Assembly (NCBI GenBank): GCA_030141605.1
Contig: JAQGDQ010000002.1
Location: forward strand, 2,108,001 to 2,172,000
From: Tubiluchus corallicola
Taxonomy: Eukaryota > Animalia > Priapulida
DNA: 64,000 bases
Reading direction: 5' to 3'
The number at the start of each line of letters is the position of its first letter. Within the stretch, counting starts at the first letter, position 1. A program made the translations under genes and the position numbers. The notes beneath the pieces are model-generated. The model was not told where the DNA came from, ran no database searches, and saw nothing but the letters and a program-made list of their open reading frames with translations. This document shows positions 1-13,622 of this stretch, piece after piece.

Positions 1-172
1 ATCATGCCAATTTTGTACGTATTTTTATGATCAAGACCAGAAGGAGGAAACATGAAGGAACCAGGTGTTGCAGATTGCTCCTCACCATAGTCATCACAAA
101 CTTCAAATGCGCTGATATGTTTAATATATGGAGTTGTACTTCCAAAACTGAATGCCACCAAATCCAGTGATT
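1..172 (-). CDS. E-Syt-like exon 5 (SLDLVAFSFGSTTPYIKHI..), truncated by the window edge
   Basis: tgttag acceptor, open frame to position 1, SMP-like F-x-x-G-x-x-x-P-x-I motif. Confidence 0.82.
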
Positions 173-2911
173 CTAACATGTAAACGACAAAACTTTTACC
201 TCAACTAAATGCACATTCTCAAAAATAAGGAAAGGAAATCAAATTTGGCTGCTGTACAGGACAGCTAAAAACCGCACTGCACCACTCACTATTTCACACC
301 ATAAATTGACTTTCTAACGACCACACAAAAAATACAGAAAGTAAGCAATAAAACTCAGAGCCCATCACACACAATTAGAATTTCTGTTGGTCAAGAAAAG
401 TCGGTAACGTACTGATGTCTAAAACTGCGCAATCAGGGACACATTACAACTATTTCTAGCTTATGTCTTGTCTCTTTAACTGGAATATTTTGCTAACTAT
501 TATATACCCAAAAATGATGGTAAAGAATGTGACAGCAAAGGCTCGACAAGTTGTCTCGTGTGTGGAAACGATTCGCTGCTGCTAAAAATCCACCTGGAAT
601 TGGCAAAACAACAATTACTATACATATGTAAATCACACTAACATTGAAAGCAAATGATGAATTTATCTAACATTTGCCACTAGCTGTAATGTTTACTGAT
701 ACAAATTTACATCAACATTTTATTAAAACATATTTCCAAAAATATTTACTGTATCATAAAAATACCTAAATAACTGAAATGTGCATTACAAAAAAATCTA
801 TTCACAACAAGATTTAGCAACCACACAATTAGCGCAGCAATTTAATTAGTGCCACAATATACTATAATTATAATATTCATTGAATGCTTCTTATGATTAT
901 AATTAGAAGAAACATCACAATGCATTAATATAGTTGTTAATATTAGTATACAACCAAAAAAATGATAGAATTTAGATCAATTAATAAACCAAATGATATG
1001 ATTAGCAATAAGTACTCTGCGGGACTTCTTGCAAAATGAATGATATTATGCACTCAACAGGTGTCTTTGCACACACTACAGTATAGAGAGTTGTAGTTGT
1101 TTTAGTCAAGTTTTAACTACATGATCAAATTCATGACAATAATTATTTCTTACAGTATCAACTGTTTTAAATTAGCTGGCAATTAATGATATCATTAGCT
1201 AAATTATAACTGTGAATGCCAGAATATTCATAAACCATTGCGAGTAATAAGTTGAAGAAAGAAAGGAAATGCTGAAATTCACAATGATTCACAAAATAAA
1301 TAACGAGGCTTACCATCTGTTAAAAAGGAAATTTAGCCATTCCATAGTTTCTCCATCATGGCTCAAGGCTCGCTTGCGATGCAACAGGAGCTGCTCATGA
1401 TGAATGAAGTCCTCAGTAATTTTAAATAACTGTTTACGCCAAACCTTGACAAAGGATTAGCTGAATGAGCAAAAAACACAAAAAGCTGGCAAAAGCTTTA
1501 TAAGAGACTCAGTTCAGAATTTATACCACTCTATATGACATTTTTGTTCATAAAGCATAGTTAGAAGAGCATCAAGAGTTTCCAAATTACATAAGTTTGA
1601 TCATCATGGGATGACGAAACTAACAAAGTTTTGGTTTATCAAACTGAGTATGACAGTGTCAAACCTGCGTGATATCATCAAAAAGGTTGTCCACTTTCAT
1701 TGATCACCTGCTACGTGTTTTGAATAGACTACCAACAAATATGTCTTGTCATAGAACATATGCTTTGCAATTGCAAGTGTTTGCAACTAACTGGGAGGCC
1801 AGCTCTGAAGCTTTTAGAATGACAGTTTCTTATACTGCAGTTAAAAGCTCATCGTGTCAGTAGTCTATTATTCAATTCTATTCAGTTCATGTACATTTTA
1901 TTTACCCTAAATATAAAGGCTGCAACAGCAATGATCCAAATGATAGAAAAGTTCCATGCTCCAAGACCCCAAGAAATCACCAAGCATACGCAAACAGTTA
2001 GGTAGATCAAAACCTAGAAAAAATTTGGACGGTGTTAGCTGTCATCTTCAGTTAACTTAAAATGAAGTTGAAAATAATCTGCACCTAAATAAGAACTGCA
2101 GTGTTTTATTCCAGTATGTCAGTTATTGCACTGTTATCGGACATGTATTGATTATAACTATTGTGAGGTTAGCTTTTCTTAATATCCAGATTTGGAGCAT
2201 AAGAAGCACATTCACTCATGTGTACTGCATTCATTTGTTCTACCGTCAGCCTGCTTTTCTGCAACAAATTGCAGAAACAACGTATCAAAATCTAACAACA
2301 TTTGCAGAAAACGTCATACACGAAATTTATATATTTTTCAGGCTGAAAGTTAAGGCTGGAATCTGATTTTAGAATATTTTACGAGAAATATAATTACATT
2401 AAGCAGCTCAGAAAATTTTAAATTAATTTTACACCCAAACACTTAAGTTATCTCATATCTTATACTACTATGACTTGTTCATCATTGTTAAATATTTTAA
2501 TATTGTCTGGTAATGGTGCAAATATCCGAAAATGTAGGTGTTATAATTTTGTTATAGCTGAAATTAAAAGCACATCTAAAATAGGGCACTGAAAACATGT
2601 CAAAAACGTTGTATCACAGTCATACAAGTTTGTAAGTTGCCCTATATATCTTGAAAATGTGTTATAAAATAATATACCAAATTAGAATATTTGGTTGTTT
2701 ATTTAGTAAATACTATATTATGTCATATCGCACCACAAAAATGATTATTATATAACTTCAACATGCAGGTCACAATAACAGAATGCTTAACAATAATTAA
2801 AAGCAAGAGCACCTGTTGATTCTCTCTTTTGACCTTTAGAGCACGAGATTTCTGTAATTCTGGAAGAGGAATGTCAGAAAAGACTGATACAGGTCCATTT
2901 TTAGGTCCCAT
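1..2911 (-). CDS. Extended synaptotagmin/tricalbin-like SMP-domain membrane protein, 5' part (span includes introns; continues off the window)
   Basis: Exons 2813-2911, 1906-2013, 1314-1444, 508-593 and 1-172 splice in phase: membrane hairpin (VLIYLTVCVCLVISWGLGAWNFSIIWIIAVAAFIF), SMP start GETMEWLNFLFNRWW, then ESLDLVAFSFGSTTPYIKHI. Confidence 0.82.
508..593 (-). CDS. E-Syt-like exon 4 (WIFSS..VEPLLSHSLPSFL)
   Basis: ttccag acceptor, G|GTATAT donor, phase 2/1. Confidence 0.82.
1314..1444 (-). CDS. E-Syt-like exon 3 (VWRKQ..GETMEWLNFLFNR)
   Basis: CTAAT branch + gtcaag acceptor, TG|GTAAGC donor; E-x-x-E-W-L-N SMP signature. Confidence 0.85.
1906..2013 (-). CDS. E-Syt-like exon 2, membrane hairpin
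   Basis: tttctag acceptor, AGG|GTAAAT donor, 36 mostly hydrophobic codons with an SWGLGAWNFS turn. Confidence 0.85.
2813..2911 (-). CDS. E-Syt-like coding exon 1 (MGPKNG..RENQQ)
   Basis: Acceptor attcag at 2938-39, in-frame stops upstream of the ATG, CAG|GTGCTC donor. Confidence 0.75.
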
Positions 2912-5900
2912 TTTAGTCCCTTCTCAGCAGCTTCAAACTGAATAAGCCTAAAAAAAGAAATTTATGACAAATGACTACAATGGTAAGCCCATGTGTGTAA
3001 GAGGTACTGCTCACAGCAAACAGTTTGAATATTTATATCATCCTACATCACGTTGCTCAAAATTACATAACATCTTTGTTATCCTGACAGCATCTCTGAC
3101 ACCACTATCACACTTTTGTAATTTGGTACAGTGCCAAACTAACTGAATAAAATGTTCACTTCTACATGACAGGCTACAAAATTCCATCCAGCTTACAACA
3201 AAACTTGGAGGAAGTTGCAATTTCACCAAAAGTCTTGAACATTATGTTTTCACTTTATGTAACTAGTTCACTAAACCCATTATACACTTCACTGTGCAAA
3301 TAATTACATTGTACAATGTTGTTTGATTAACAAAAACGTTTTAGACTTTACTCATGCTACATTTGTACAAAATAGGATTGTTGGTTGACATTCTCAAATT
3401 TCAACAAAAAATAGACTTAAATGAATGAACAGAAAGGTCTAAAATATACTTATTATAGTAAGTAATGAAATAAAAACTGATTCAACAGCAAAACTTTCAA
3501 AATTTTACAATTAATACTTTCAACCCAAAGTTTGAATATTTGACTTTGCTCTTCAGCAATAGTAACTAAACATTAGAATCACTTAAAAAGTTTTGAAGAA
3601 TCAACTTGTATCCCGCCCCCACCAAAATCTGCGCTGCCGAAATAAAAAATGTACTTCAATTGCAACTTTTGAGTAAGCAAATAAAATCATGTTTGTCCAG
3701 CTAATGTACGCTTTTTATTTGCTATGTTTGGTGTAGCTTTAAGATGGTATTAGCAAAACTCGTTTTAATGAAAATGAAAAGATCTTACAATGTATGTGGA
3801 TATAAGCTTAACTGAAACTATGCAAAAACATTAGTATACAGACTTATACAAACTACAAACTGAATTTCCTTTAAAAAAAGATCTTAGTAAGTTGTTAGAA
3901 ACTGTGAACCAGTTGTGCTAATATGCAAGAACAAAAACAAAGTAAGCGTGAACATTTTCTTAAAAGTGCCAACAGGCCCAACATTGTAGAGATAAGCTTT
4001 CCACCAACCAATAAAAATAATAAAGATGTCACAATACTCTTGACTTTTCATATACAGAAAGGGAAGTGTAAAAGCTGAAACTATAGATATCGATCTTCTG
4101 ACCAAAATTTTGTCATCGGTATACCAAAAAAACAAGAATGCAAGAAATTTATAGCAATTCTATAACATTCTGCTGTTCTGCTGGCTATTTTTGTTGGCAC
4201 ATGGCATAATAAAAAGAACAAATGACTCAATATCCACTCAATCACTCAAACAATGTGTGATTAAATTCCTTTTATTGAGGTTGTGCTAGTAATGATAGCA
4301 TAAAGCATAAATGAGTCACTATTCACTCAATCACTTAATTGAGACTCAATCCACTCAAATGAGAATTTCAGTAAAAAACTGAAATTCTCAACTAGCTAAG
4401 CAGATGATTAAACTGCCTGGCTACAGAGAATTGCTTAGATTGCTTTCCCGTAATGTACAGCTAGCCAAAGTGACAGGCAAACTCACAGAGCTACAGGCTT
4501 AACATCATGTTTCACTCATCATGTAACTGACAGCTGTTGCAAAATTTAGTTTCAATTTGCCCAAAGCACACCTAAGGTAAGCAATTCTAATTCTGCAAGT
4601 CAGTAGCGCACTAATGTCCTTGACGGTGGCAGCCATGACAAAAAAGAAACACCAAAACCACAAAATTATTCTTAATTGTCAGTTTGGAAGAGGAAAAGTT
4701 TTCAATTAAGCACTTGTAACAGATACATGGCACGTGTCAGCATTCTTGTGTAACGTTTGTAAAAACTAAAAAAAAGCATGAAGACTGTTAAATCACAAAC
4801 ATTCTGGGTCGACTAAATCTCTCCTAGTTCAGAGTATTCTGCTCCTAATGTGAGACATTAGAAAATAAACTTGCCATAAAAAGACTTGGGTTAAATGATT
4901 TGTTTACACACATACGAAAAAGAGCAGAGCGTATAGTGAATCAATACAAAAGCTATTACAATAATTATTTAACACAATTTTTTTAATGATTATTAAAATT
5001 TGTGCGCACTTAATAGATTTATATTTACTTAAACTTCGCTACTATACACCCTGCAATGGTTACTATTTTTGCAGGTAAACAAAACACGTGGCTATTGTTT
5101 CACAATGCACGTCTGAACAGCCATGATTTTCTGTTAAAAACACACAAATTATCACTGAGAGCATGTGGACAGAAAATGTGTAACAGGGTGTATATAAAAC
5201 AACCAAAAGAAGTCAATGTAAACTCAATAAGTATTTAGGTGAATGCATCGCAGTGGATTTTTGAGTGTTGAAAATAAAGTGATGAGGCAGCTGCCACATT
5301 TAACTTGTATGTAAAATCAATCATCTCATTTTAACATGCTAAGCATTCGTGAACCTAAGAGGCCATAGTATTAAATTTAATTATTTACATTTAGTACTAG
5401 ATACATACTATGTAGTTCAAAGAATGATATTCAACACTAAATATCATGAACGACCATAATGCACCTGACATACTTGTGCTAGTAATAGTTGCGCTCAGCA
5501 TCGGTATCATGCAACAAGTTTTGTTTACAGTTCATAGTTTGTCATAATGTAACGATATTATCTTGTTGTTTAATGATACAACAGTTTCGATGCTAAATCT
5601 AGTAATTTGTTTAATGCGTTCTTTTATCTCGCATGGCTTGTACTAACCTGATATTAACGTTGTTGGCTTGTTTTGTCTTTAGCTATTTAAACTAGAAGCT
5701 GATAATCTGGACAGTCAGTCTTCTCTTGTATGTCGGCAAGACAGTCTGTCCAATATCGTTGATAACTGTGTGATAATGCTTTGAGTCTAAATAGTTCTTA
5801 TTCATTTGTTTATTTTTAGTGCCAGTCTAGATTTACGTTATTTTTGGAATAACTTCATATTTTTGCAGCTTTATTAATTCTGCTTTTACCAGCTTGATTA

Positions 5901-6318
5901 TTATAATAATTAATCATCAATCAATATCGTTTGCATAATTATTGTGATGTTTCTCTATGGCTCTATGGCTTAGGTACCATTCACTGACACTGTGATGGAC
6001 CAGTCATCTGAGTTTACTAACGTCATCGTTTACTGGTGAACATGAAGGTCATTTCCGTAGCCCGTATGCTCCCACATTTTTGGTTTTTCAATAAAAATTA
6101 GCAACTTTTTATAACAGACCATCTAGTAGCTTTCTGCCCAAAATCCCAGATAAACATACCAATCACCTATGAAATCTGCATAATATTTCATACACATGGA
6201 CTTGTTTATGACAGAAGATGCAAACAACTGAGTGAAATGCTTAGTTTTAGTTCTATATTAATGGACAAGAAAACATTCTTCATAAGCAGAGCATAAAAAT
6301 TCGTCTTGAAATTTTATA

Positions 6319-7264
6319 CAGTAGGCGCCGCTTAATAGACTCAATCGCTTAATTGACTCAAAAACGCCTGGAACGGGCCGCTTCTATTCGAATATACAAA
6401 AAACTGTCGGTAATTGACTCGAATAACTCTGCATAATTGACTCAATATTTTTCCTTCACCTACTTAAAATAAGATATTTGTATGTGCCCAACGAGCCTTT
6501 CCTTCTTTTATGTCATCTTTTCTTCCCTTTTGTGCACTATGTATAAAGAAACAATCATGTTAAGTACCGTTTTGTTTATTAGCAGGTACGTTTATCACGA
6601 GCTAATATGCTAGCATAGTGGTTTAGCTTTGAATCTGTTACTCGCTTTCCCACCGTTACCCAAAGAATTTCTGGAAGCTAAACATTTGATGACTTGCTTA
6701 GCGGTTTCCTTTTGATGCTGTTGTTGCAAATCACGCTTTCAGGATTAATGAGTTAAAAGCTAAAGATGCAGGTACAGTAATCAGCAGGTATTCCTCGTGA
6801 CTTACAAGAGTAAACATCGTACAGTAAATAAGAACAATGTAAGTGAGCAGACAATTCAGAACTGTTTTACTCACACACAACAACAGATTTTCAACGTTTT
6901 TATAATTACAAGAACTTTGTGGGCCAACTCCTTTGCGAGAAAATGAAGCAGCTGACATTGAAGGAATTTTTGCAATTTTTGCAAATAAACAGACTTAGAA
7001 AAGTCTGTGATTTAGAACAGAACACTTTTTAATTTATTGCTAATTCACGTATATAAATTAATATTTTAAAATATTTTTTCTAATTTTCAACTGCACAAAG
7101 AAATTTAGGGCATTACTTCATTTCTAAAATTCATTAAAAACCTTCGCAGTGCATAGTAAGCAGATGACTCATACTTCTCTATACCTGTAATACTACATAC
7201 ATCGGTTAATTGGGTCAAAACATGTCCGTACCAAAGTGAGCATGTTAAGCTGCCCCGCCTACTG
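6319..7264. mobile_element. Non-autonomous Tc1/mariner (Tigger/pogo-like) MITE
   Basis: TA|CAGTAGGCG..CTTAAT ... TTAAGC..CGCCTACTG|TA terminal inverted repeats with TA TSD; no transposase ORF. Confidence 0.8.
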
Positions 7265-7739
7265 TATCACTTACATGCTGTCTTATTTTGCACAGAGCTT
7301 GCATTCGCAATAACACTAGTGTAAAACTAGTAAAACTGTAATGCTGATCTGAGAGAGACATTTAGAATACACCATCATTATATCCACATCATACTATATG
7401 ATTATATATACACCATACTATAAGATCAAAGGAGAAAAATACACCACTTTAAATAATCATGTTACTATAGGCCCTGGCTCGAGTTCTTTAAACCGCATGC
7501 TCGTACATATATAGAAAATAATGTCTTCACACACAGAGTGATGTCATACCGGAACAACTTTAATGAAAGCGTTATTAGTGCTAATAGCACGAATACGTAA
7601 ACAAAACATTTGAAGCTGAGTCACCAATGATGACCAGGAATACTATCAAGTATCAGGATCGATAATGTGTTTTTGGTTTTGGTGCTCTATTACAATCCAG
7701 GTCCCTATCAATTTTCACCAAGCAATCGAGTATTCGATA

Positions 7740-8450
7740 CAGTGGATTGGCTTAATAAGCAAATGGGCACATTGGCCTGTTGAGTTAGTCTACTGTTTGT
7801 CTTAACAAAGGAATAATTGTTTTTAGTGCCAGACTGAGCAGCGAAATAAGGATATTATACAGCATCCAGTCAGAAGCTTACACATTTTCCCCATTGCCTA
7901 AATTAACTTGCTATATAATTATTTTAACTTGCATCTAGCCTAACCTTTACATAACATTGAAAATGAGGCGTGAAAAATTTAAATATAATTAAGCTGATCA
8001 TTATTAATGCAAATGTTACATAAATTTAACTTTATTATCAAGCAAAACTTGATAATAATGAAGAAGATGATGATGATGATACGACTATATGTACTATACC
8101 ACTTGCAGCAACTTAATTATTTATTTAGGTTAAAGAGCATTCATGAACATCTGATATTTCAATGATTAATAGTTTACATAACAGTTGATATAATAGTTTA
8201 TATATACTTTTTAATTTATTGCTAATTCACTTATATAAATTAATATTTTAAAATATTTTTTTTAAATTGTTAACTGCACAAAGGAATTCAAGCATTACTT
8301 CGTTTCCAAGCTTCATTAAAAACTTTGCAGTTTATATTAATCTAATGACTCTATACCAGTACTACTAAACCCACTGGCTAATAGGTTCAGGCAGTTAATT
8401 GGGTCAAAACACTTCAGTCCCAAAGTGAGTCTATTAAGTGTTGCCTACTG
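7740..8450. mobile_element. Related Tigger-like MITE copy
   Basis: TA|CAGTGGATTGGCTTAAT start; 3' part (from ~8210) clearly homologous to 7027-7264 and ends GCCTACTG|TA. Confidence 0.6.
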
Positions 8451-8941
8451 TATAATTATTGCACATTAATATACTATTACATGGTATAGTTAGGGAAAAA
8501 TTCCAAATATAATTATAATAATTTTAACAGAGTTATTTATTAATATAGTTTCAAAATTACTTAATAGCTTACCATCCAGAAATAGATGTTGCATAGCGGA
8601 CGAGAAGCAAAGCTTGTGAAACCACCATGAAAAGCGAAAGAAATTGCTTTTTGATAAGAGACGGAATTATGGAAAAACAAAGAACTTCTTTAAACCGCAT
8701 GCTCGTACATATATAGAAAATAATGTCTTCACACACAGAGTGATGTCATACCGGAACAACTTTAATGAAAGCGTTATTAGTGCTAATAGCACGAATACGT
8801 AAACAAAACATTTGAAGCTGAGTCACCAATGATGACCAGGAATACTATCAAGTATCAGGATCGATAATGTGTTTTTGGTTTTGGTGCTCTATTACAATCC
8901 AGGTCCCTATCAATTTTCACCAAGCAATCGAGTATTCGATA

Positions 8942-9652
8942 CAGTGGATTGGCTTAATAAGCAAATGGGCACATTGGCCTGTTGAGTTAGTCTACTGTTT
9001 GTCTTAACAAAGGAATAATTGTTTTTAGTGCCAGACTGAGCAGCGAAATAAGGATATTATACAGCATCCAGTCAGAAGCTTACACATTTTCCCCATTGCC
9101 TAAATTAACTTGCTATATAATTATTTTAACTTGCATCTAGCCTAACCTTTACATAACATTGAAAATGAGGCGTGAAAAATTTAAATATAATTAAGCTGAT
9201 CATTATTAATGCAAATGTTACATAAATTTAACTTTATTATCAAGCAAAACTTGATAATAATGAAGAAGATGATGATGATGATACGACTATATGTACTATA
9301 CCACTTGCAGCAACTTAATTATTTATTTAGGTTAAAGAGCATTCATGAACATCTGATATTTCAATGATTAATAGTTTACATAACAGTTGATATAATAGTT
9401 TATATATACTTTTTAATTTATTGCTAATTCACTTATATAAATTAATATTTTAAAATATTTTTTTTAAATTGTTAACTGGACAAAGGAATTCAAGCATTAC
9501 TTCGTTTCCAAGCTTCATTAAAAACTTTGCAGTTTATATTAATCTAATGACTCTATACCAGTACTACTAAACCCACTGGCTAATAGGTTCAGGCAGTTAA
9601 TTGGGTCAAAACACTTCAGTCCCAAAGTGAGTCTATTAAGTGTTGCCTACTG
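8942..9652. mobile_element. Duplicate of the 7740-8450 MITE within the tandem duplication
   Basis: Same sequence shifted by 1202 bp. Confidence 0.6.
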
Positions 9653-10013
9653 TATAATTATTGCACATTAATATACTATTACATGGTATAGTTAGGGAAA
9701 AATTCCAAATATAATTATAATAATTTTAACAGAGTTATTTATTAATATAGTTTCAAAATTACTTAATAGCTTACCATCCAGAAATAGATGTTGCATAGCG
9801 GACGAGAAGCAAAGCTTGTGAAACCACCATGAAAAGCGAAAGAAATTGCTTTTTGATAAGAGACGGAATTATGGAAAAACAAAGAATAGTAAAGATAAAA
9901 TAATAAAGTAAAAATGGTGAAAAAGAGAAGAGAAACAAAATAGAAAGGAGTTCAGCAAAGACATGATGCAACAGTATAAAAACATAAGCAGTAAAGTAAC
10001 CAGTCATGGGAAG

Positions 10014-10133
10014 TACTGTAAATATCGTAGTTCATGGTAAAACCTAAAAAAACGCATTATAAATAAGATTGGGATATACTGTAATTGTGGCAGTTCACGG
10101 CAAAACCCAAAAATTACATTATAAGTAGGATTT
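10014..10133. repeat. Diverged ~63-bp tandem duplication
   Basis: tactgtaa..gttca.gg.aaaacc.aaaaa..cattataa.ta.gatt twice. Confidence 0.7.
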
Positions 10134-10738
10134 AAGTAGAAAACATTTCATATATCTTTTAAAGCCATATAATGTTCGATGCGTTGTAACACAAATGGAT
10201 ATTTCATTCTACAGATTTGGAGCAGTAAAATTTTACAGTGTCTGGCAAGATTGTGATAGGTATGTAGTCAGCTGAATTAGTAAAGTGCGAGATCCATCAT
10301 ATCGAATATACGATCGCTGGGCGTAAATGGAAAACGACCTAGTTTGCGACAGAGTGGCGTGTTTTTAGTGATACAGTGTTGCGTACGGGACATCGACGCA
10401 GTGCCGTTTTACCAGGTGGCGCAAACATTTTAAATTATTAAAAATTTTGTCTTCCACTATGTCTTTCAAACAGGTAAGCGTGATGCATATAGTAATATAA
10501 CCATGCATGGAAAGTTCTTCGGGATAACCTTTAAAATCCCATTTTCTTCCCAGATTTAAGTAAATGAGGTCAATTTTGAAACTTTCTTCACTCTAACTCT
10601 AAAGCTAAGCCACAATCAAACGAGAAAGGTCAATTTTTTAAGAAAACAAAATACAAAGCACGAAACAAATGTAATTTTTGTAGTGCAAAAATTGTAAGCT
10701 CCTGTGAATTATGATAAACACAACACAAAAGACCGCAC

Positions 10739-10800
10739 CTTCTCAATCCTCAGAACAGGGCGTCGCCATCTTCAATTGGTTATATGTTCTGAAGATAGAG
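10739..10800 (-). promoter_or_regulatory. Probable first (5'UTR) exon/TSS region of the E-Syt-like gene, with YY1-type AAGATGGCG
   Basis: Minus strand reads AAGATGGCGACG followed by an AAG|GTGCGG donor at 10737-38; locally GC-richer; right boundary approximate. Confidence 0.45.
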
Positions 10801-13429
10801 TGCAGTCAACGCACCAACTTCTTTTTGTTTTTGCTGGTCTCTCGCAATGACGTACATGGTACTCAGTAGTTGTAATAAAAAAACATGCCTGTTCCCCAGT
10901 TGCATTAACTAAATAGCAGTTTGTAAAATTATTTGTGATAGCTAATTCAACGTCTACACAGGTGTAAATAAATATGAGAAATAAATAATAAACAATCTGC
11001 TTTATCACTATATTCCAAGATATTGTTTACACTATGAAAAATAAGTTTATAGAAGCCAGAGTGGTGTATAATAGGAATATTCTTTCTCTATATATAAACA
11101 CCGCTCTGACAGAAACTGACCACCGTTAATAGAATGCATTGTTATACAAACATACCGATGATAAATAATAGGATTACGCACCGCTGTTTTGCACCGGACG
11201 CATTTGCCTTTAGCAGTGCTTTATTATTGAAAATATTTTTTACACTGAGGATTGAAATTTTATTGTAACATATTTTATGGCAAATAAAGTATATTACGTA
11301 TGTATGGGTAAATAATATATTTCGTCAGTCGTGTTATTTTTGCTGAAGTATAAGATTTTTACTTATAATAAACTATTTTATACTAATAAAAGTGTTTGTA
11401 AAATTCTGTTACTTATAAACAAATCAATTACCGGCTAATTAATTTTTAATTTCCTTGTATTCAGTAGAAATAAGAGCACAGATTAGTATTGCAGAAAGGT
11501 GACCACGTTAAAATGATGCGTGGTAAAAAGGGCACAGGGAAAAAATGACAAAAATGGAAAGCAGGTTCAAGAATCGCACATGTATTGCTATGATACTGAT
11601 GCTTTCAATGGCAAGAAAATAGTAGTACTAAAATAATATACAGTAGACGTGGCTTAATGCCAATGTGCTCATTTTCTGATGTAGTGTTTTGCTAGTACTT
11701 TGCAAGGAAGAGCTTCAAAAGGCAACCGCTATTCAACCCGATTAAGCATGTAGCTTCCATACATTCCTGAGCAATGAGAATAATTGCAGCGGGACCGACC
11801 CCCAGCAATAGATTAAAAGCAAGACCGCTACATTAACATATTACTGATTGTTAGAAAAATGCACTGTTTGCTCATTACAGCATTCGTCGCAATAAATATA
11901 ATTTTCCGTGGTCTTCAAAGTACCCAGAGAGTAAATTAATAAATTCGAGCAATACAATAATACAGGCGATACTTACTCTTTAGTAATTTTTATCAGGCTT
12001 TGTTGTTTTTTAACGACCGTAAAACTTTCACTACATGCCAAGTCTTTTATATTTTACATGTGATGATGAAATATTTCTATTGTTTGTAATGAAACTATAT
12101 GCCATACATAATTATAATAGTGTTTCATCATAATAATTATTGATAAAGAATTTATATTAGAATTTGTTTGCTTCTGCTTCTAATATAATATCAAATTAAC
12201 TCTTGTACTAATTATTAATAAAGATTAAACTTTGTTTGCTTCTGCTTCTAATGTAATATTAATTTAAAGCAAATATACTAAATGCATCATTTTTCCTATT
12301 TTTCTACCCCACCCCACCCCCTTTGACTTTTGCCGCGCCATTTTTACGTATATTAATTTAAATTACCCTATGTGCAACCTCAAATTACCTCATCTTATAA
12401 TCAAGTTATCTTCTCAGATAGAAATTCATGTATCAGGGCCATAAGTCAAGCTGTGTGAAGCTCTCAACAACAACATTAAAAAAGCAAACAATCTAATTGC
12501 TGATAAAATGATTTTTATTTTTTAGATTTTTGCAGATATACTTACCGTACAGGTGTACATCATCATGATGGAATATTGCAGGTAAAAATAAAAATTACAA
12601 ATTATAGACAGATCATGCAACAACAATGGCCTATTTTTACAAGTATAATTGTACACTAGTATAGAAAGTAGACGTTTATCCTTTATCAACCACTATGTCA
12701 TGGTGTAGATACCTATCTGTAAAGAAGCACACAGGAAAAGAAATTCTTTATAACAGAGCAGTAGATTCAATGAGTACTCCTATTATTAGTATTTTTTGAC
12801 AGAGAAATCAAGATATATTTTGGTTACCAACTGCAATTTTCAAAAATTATTTTTAAAATAAAAGATGATACCAACTGGCAACTGCCATAAAATAAACTTA
12901 TTTTGCTAATTTAAATCACTGGGCACTTGGAATGGCAACCTGATTCAGGTTCCGTCACAAATAAGCTCATGGAAAAGTATTAATAATTAATTTCATACAT
13001 GATCATACTAAAATAAGAAAATTATCTCACAATATATAAAATTTTAGGTAACAAAACTCAATACATGATTTTGATTGGTGATACTGTGGGTATTGCACAT
13101 TAGTATCGAGAGTACAAGGTTAGAATGTTTCCATTACATAACAAGAATTTAAAACTCCATATATCAAGGAAATATGCGTAGTGAATTCAGATGTAAGGCT
13201 ATATACACAAAACAATAGTTGTAATCAGCAACACTGACTGGTTTACAGAATATGAATACGTGCAATTGAATAACTTAACTAATATACTTTTATACACATA
13301 TTTTTATTATTGGATCACAAGTTACTTGTGAATTACATAATTAGCTCTACTGTAATACTAAGGATTTATTCACAACTTGCATCAATATAAATTTTAAAAA
13401 TCCCACATTTACATGTTCTGTTGCCACTT

Positions 13430-13622
13430 TCATGTAGGTGGAGCCCCCTCTCTATATCTCAGTTGCGGGTGCCATGACCACGCATAATAGTTGACCTGGT
13501 CACAGCAGTTAGGATAAAAGAATAGTGGGAGCACAAACAGACATAAGAGCAGAAGCTGGAACAAGAGCACCGTTTTCCATATCCAAGACCAGATGGATCT
13601 GCGCTTACCTGTTACTATTGGA
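13430..13622 (-). CDS. klar: klar-like terminal exon: TM helix + KASH domain
   Basis: tttgcag acceptor; hydrophobic VLLFQLLLLCLFVLPLFF followed by CCDQVNYYAWSWHPQLRYREGAPPT-stop, matching KASH spacing (C-23, P-11, Y-7, terminal PPx). Confidence 0.93.

Larger units (their letters stand above)
7484..9886. repeat. Near-perfect 1202-bp tandem duplication (7484-8684 and 8686-9886)
   Basis: Both copies start ttctttaaaccgcatgctcgtac and end ggaaaaacaaagaa; only about 2 substitutions noticed by eye. Confidence 0.95.

Noticed and set aside
9771-10007. 78-aa very hydrophobic minus-strand ORF ending at a strong donor
   Set aside because: Hydrophobicity is explained by T-rich composition. Splicing to the 2937 acceptor hits a stop and cannot extend the E-Syt-like protein.
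10459-12582. Plus-strand ATGTCTTTCAAACAG|GTAAGC and a possible exon near 12537-12581 (YTYRTGVHHHDGILQ)
   Set aside because: Phases do not connect, no intervening or terminal exons were found, and there is no recognisable protein.
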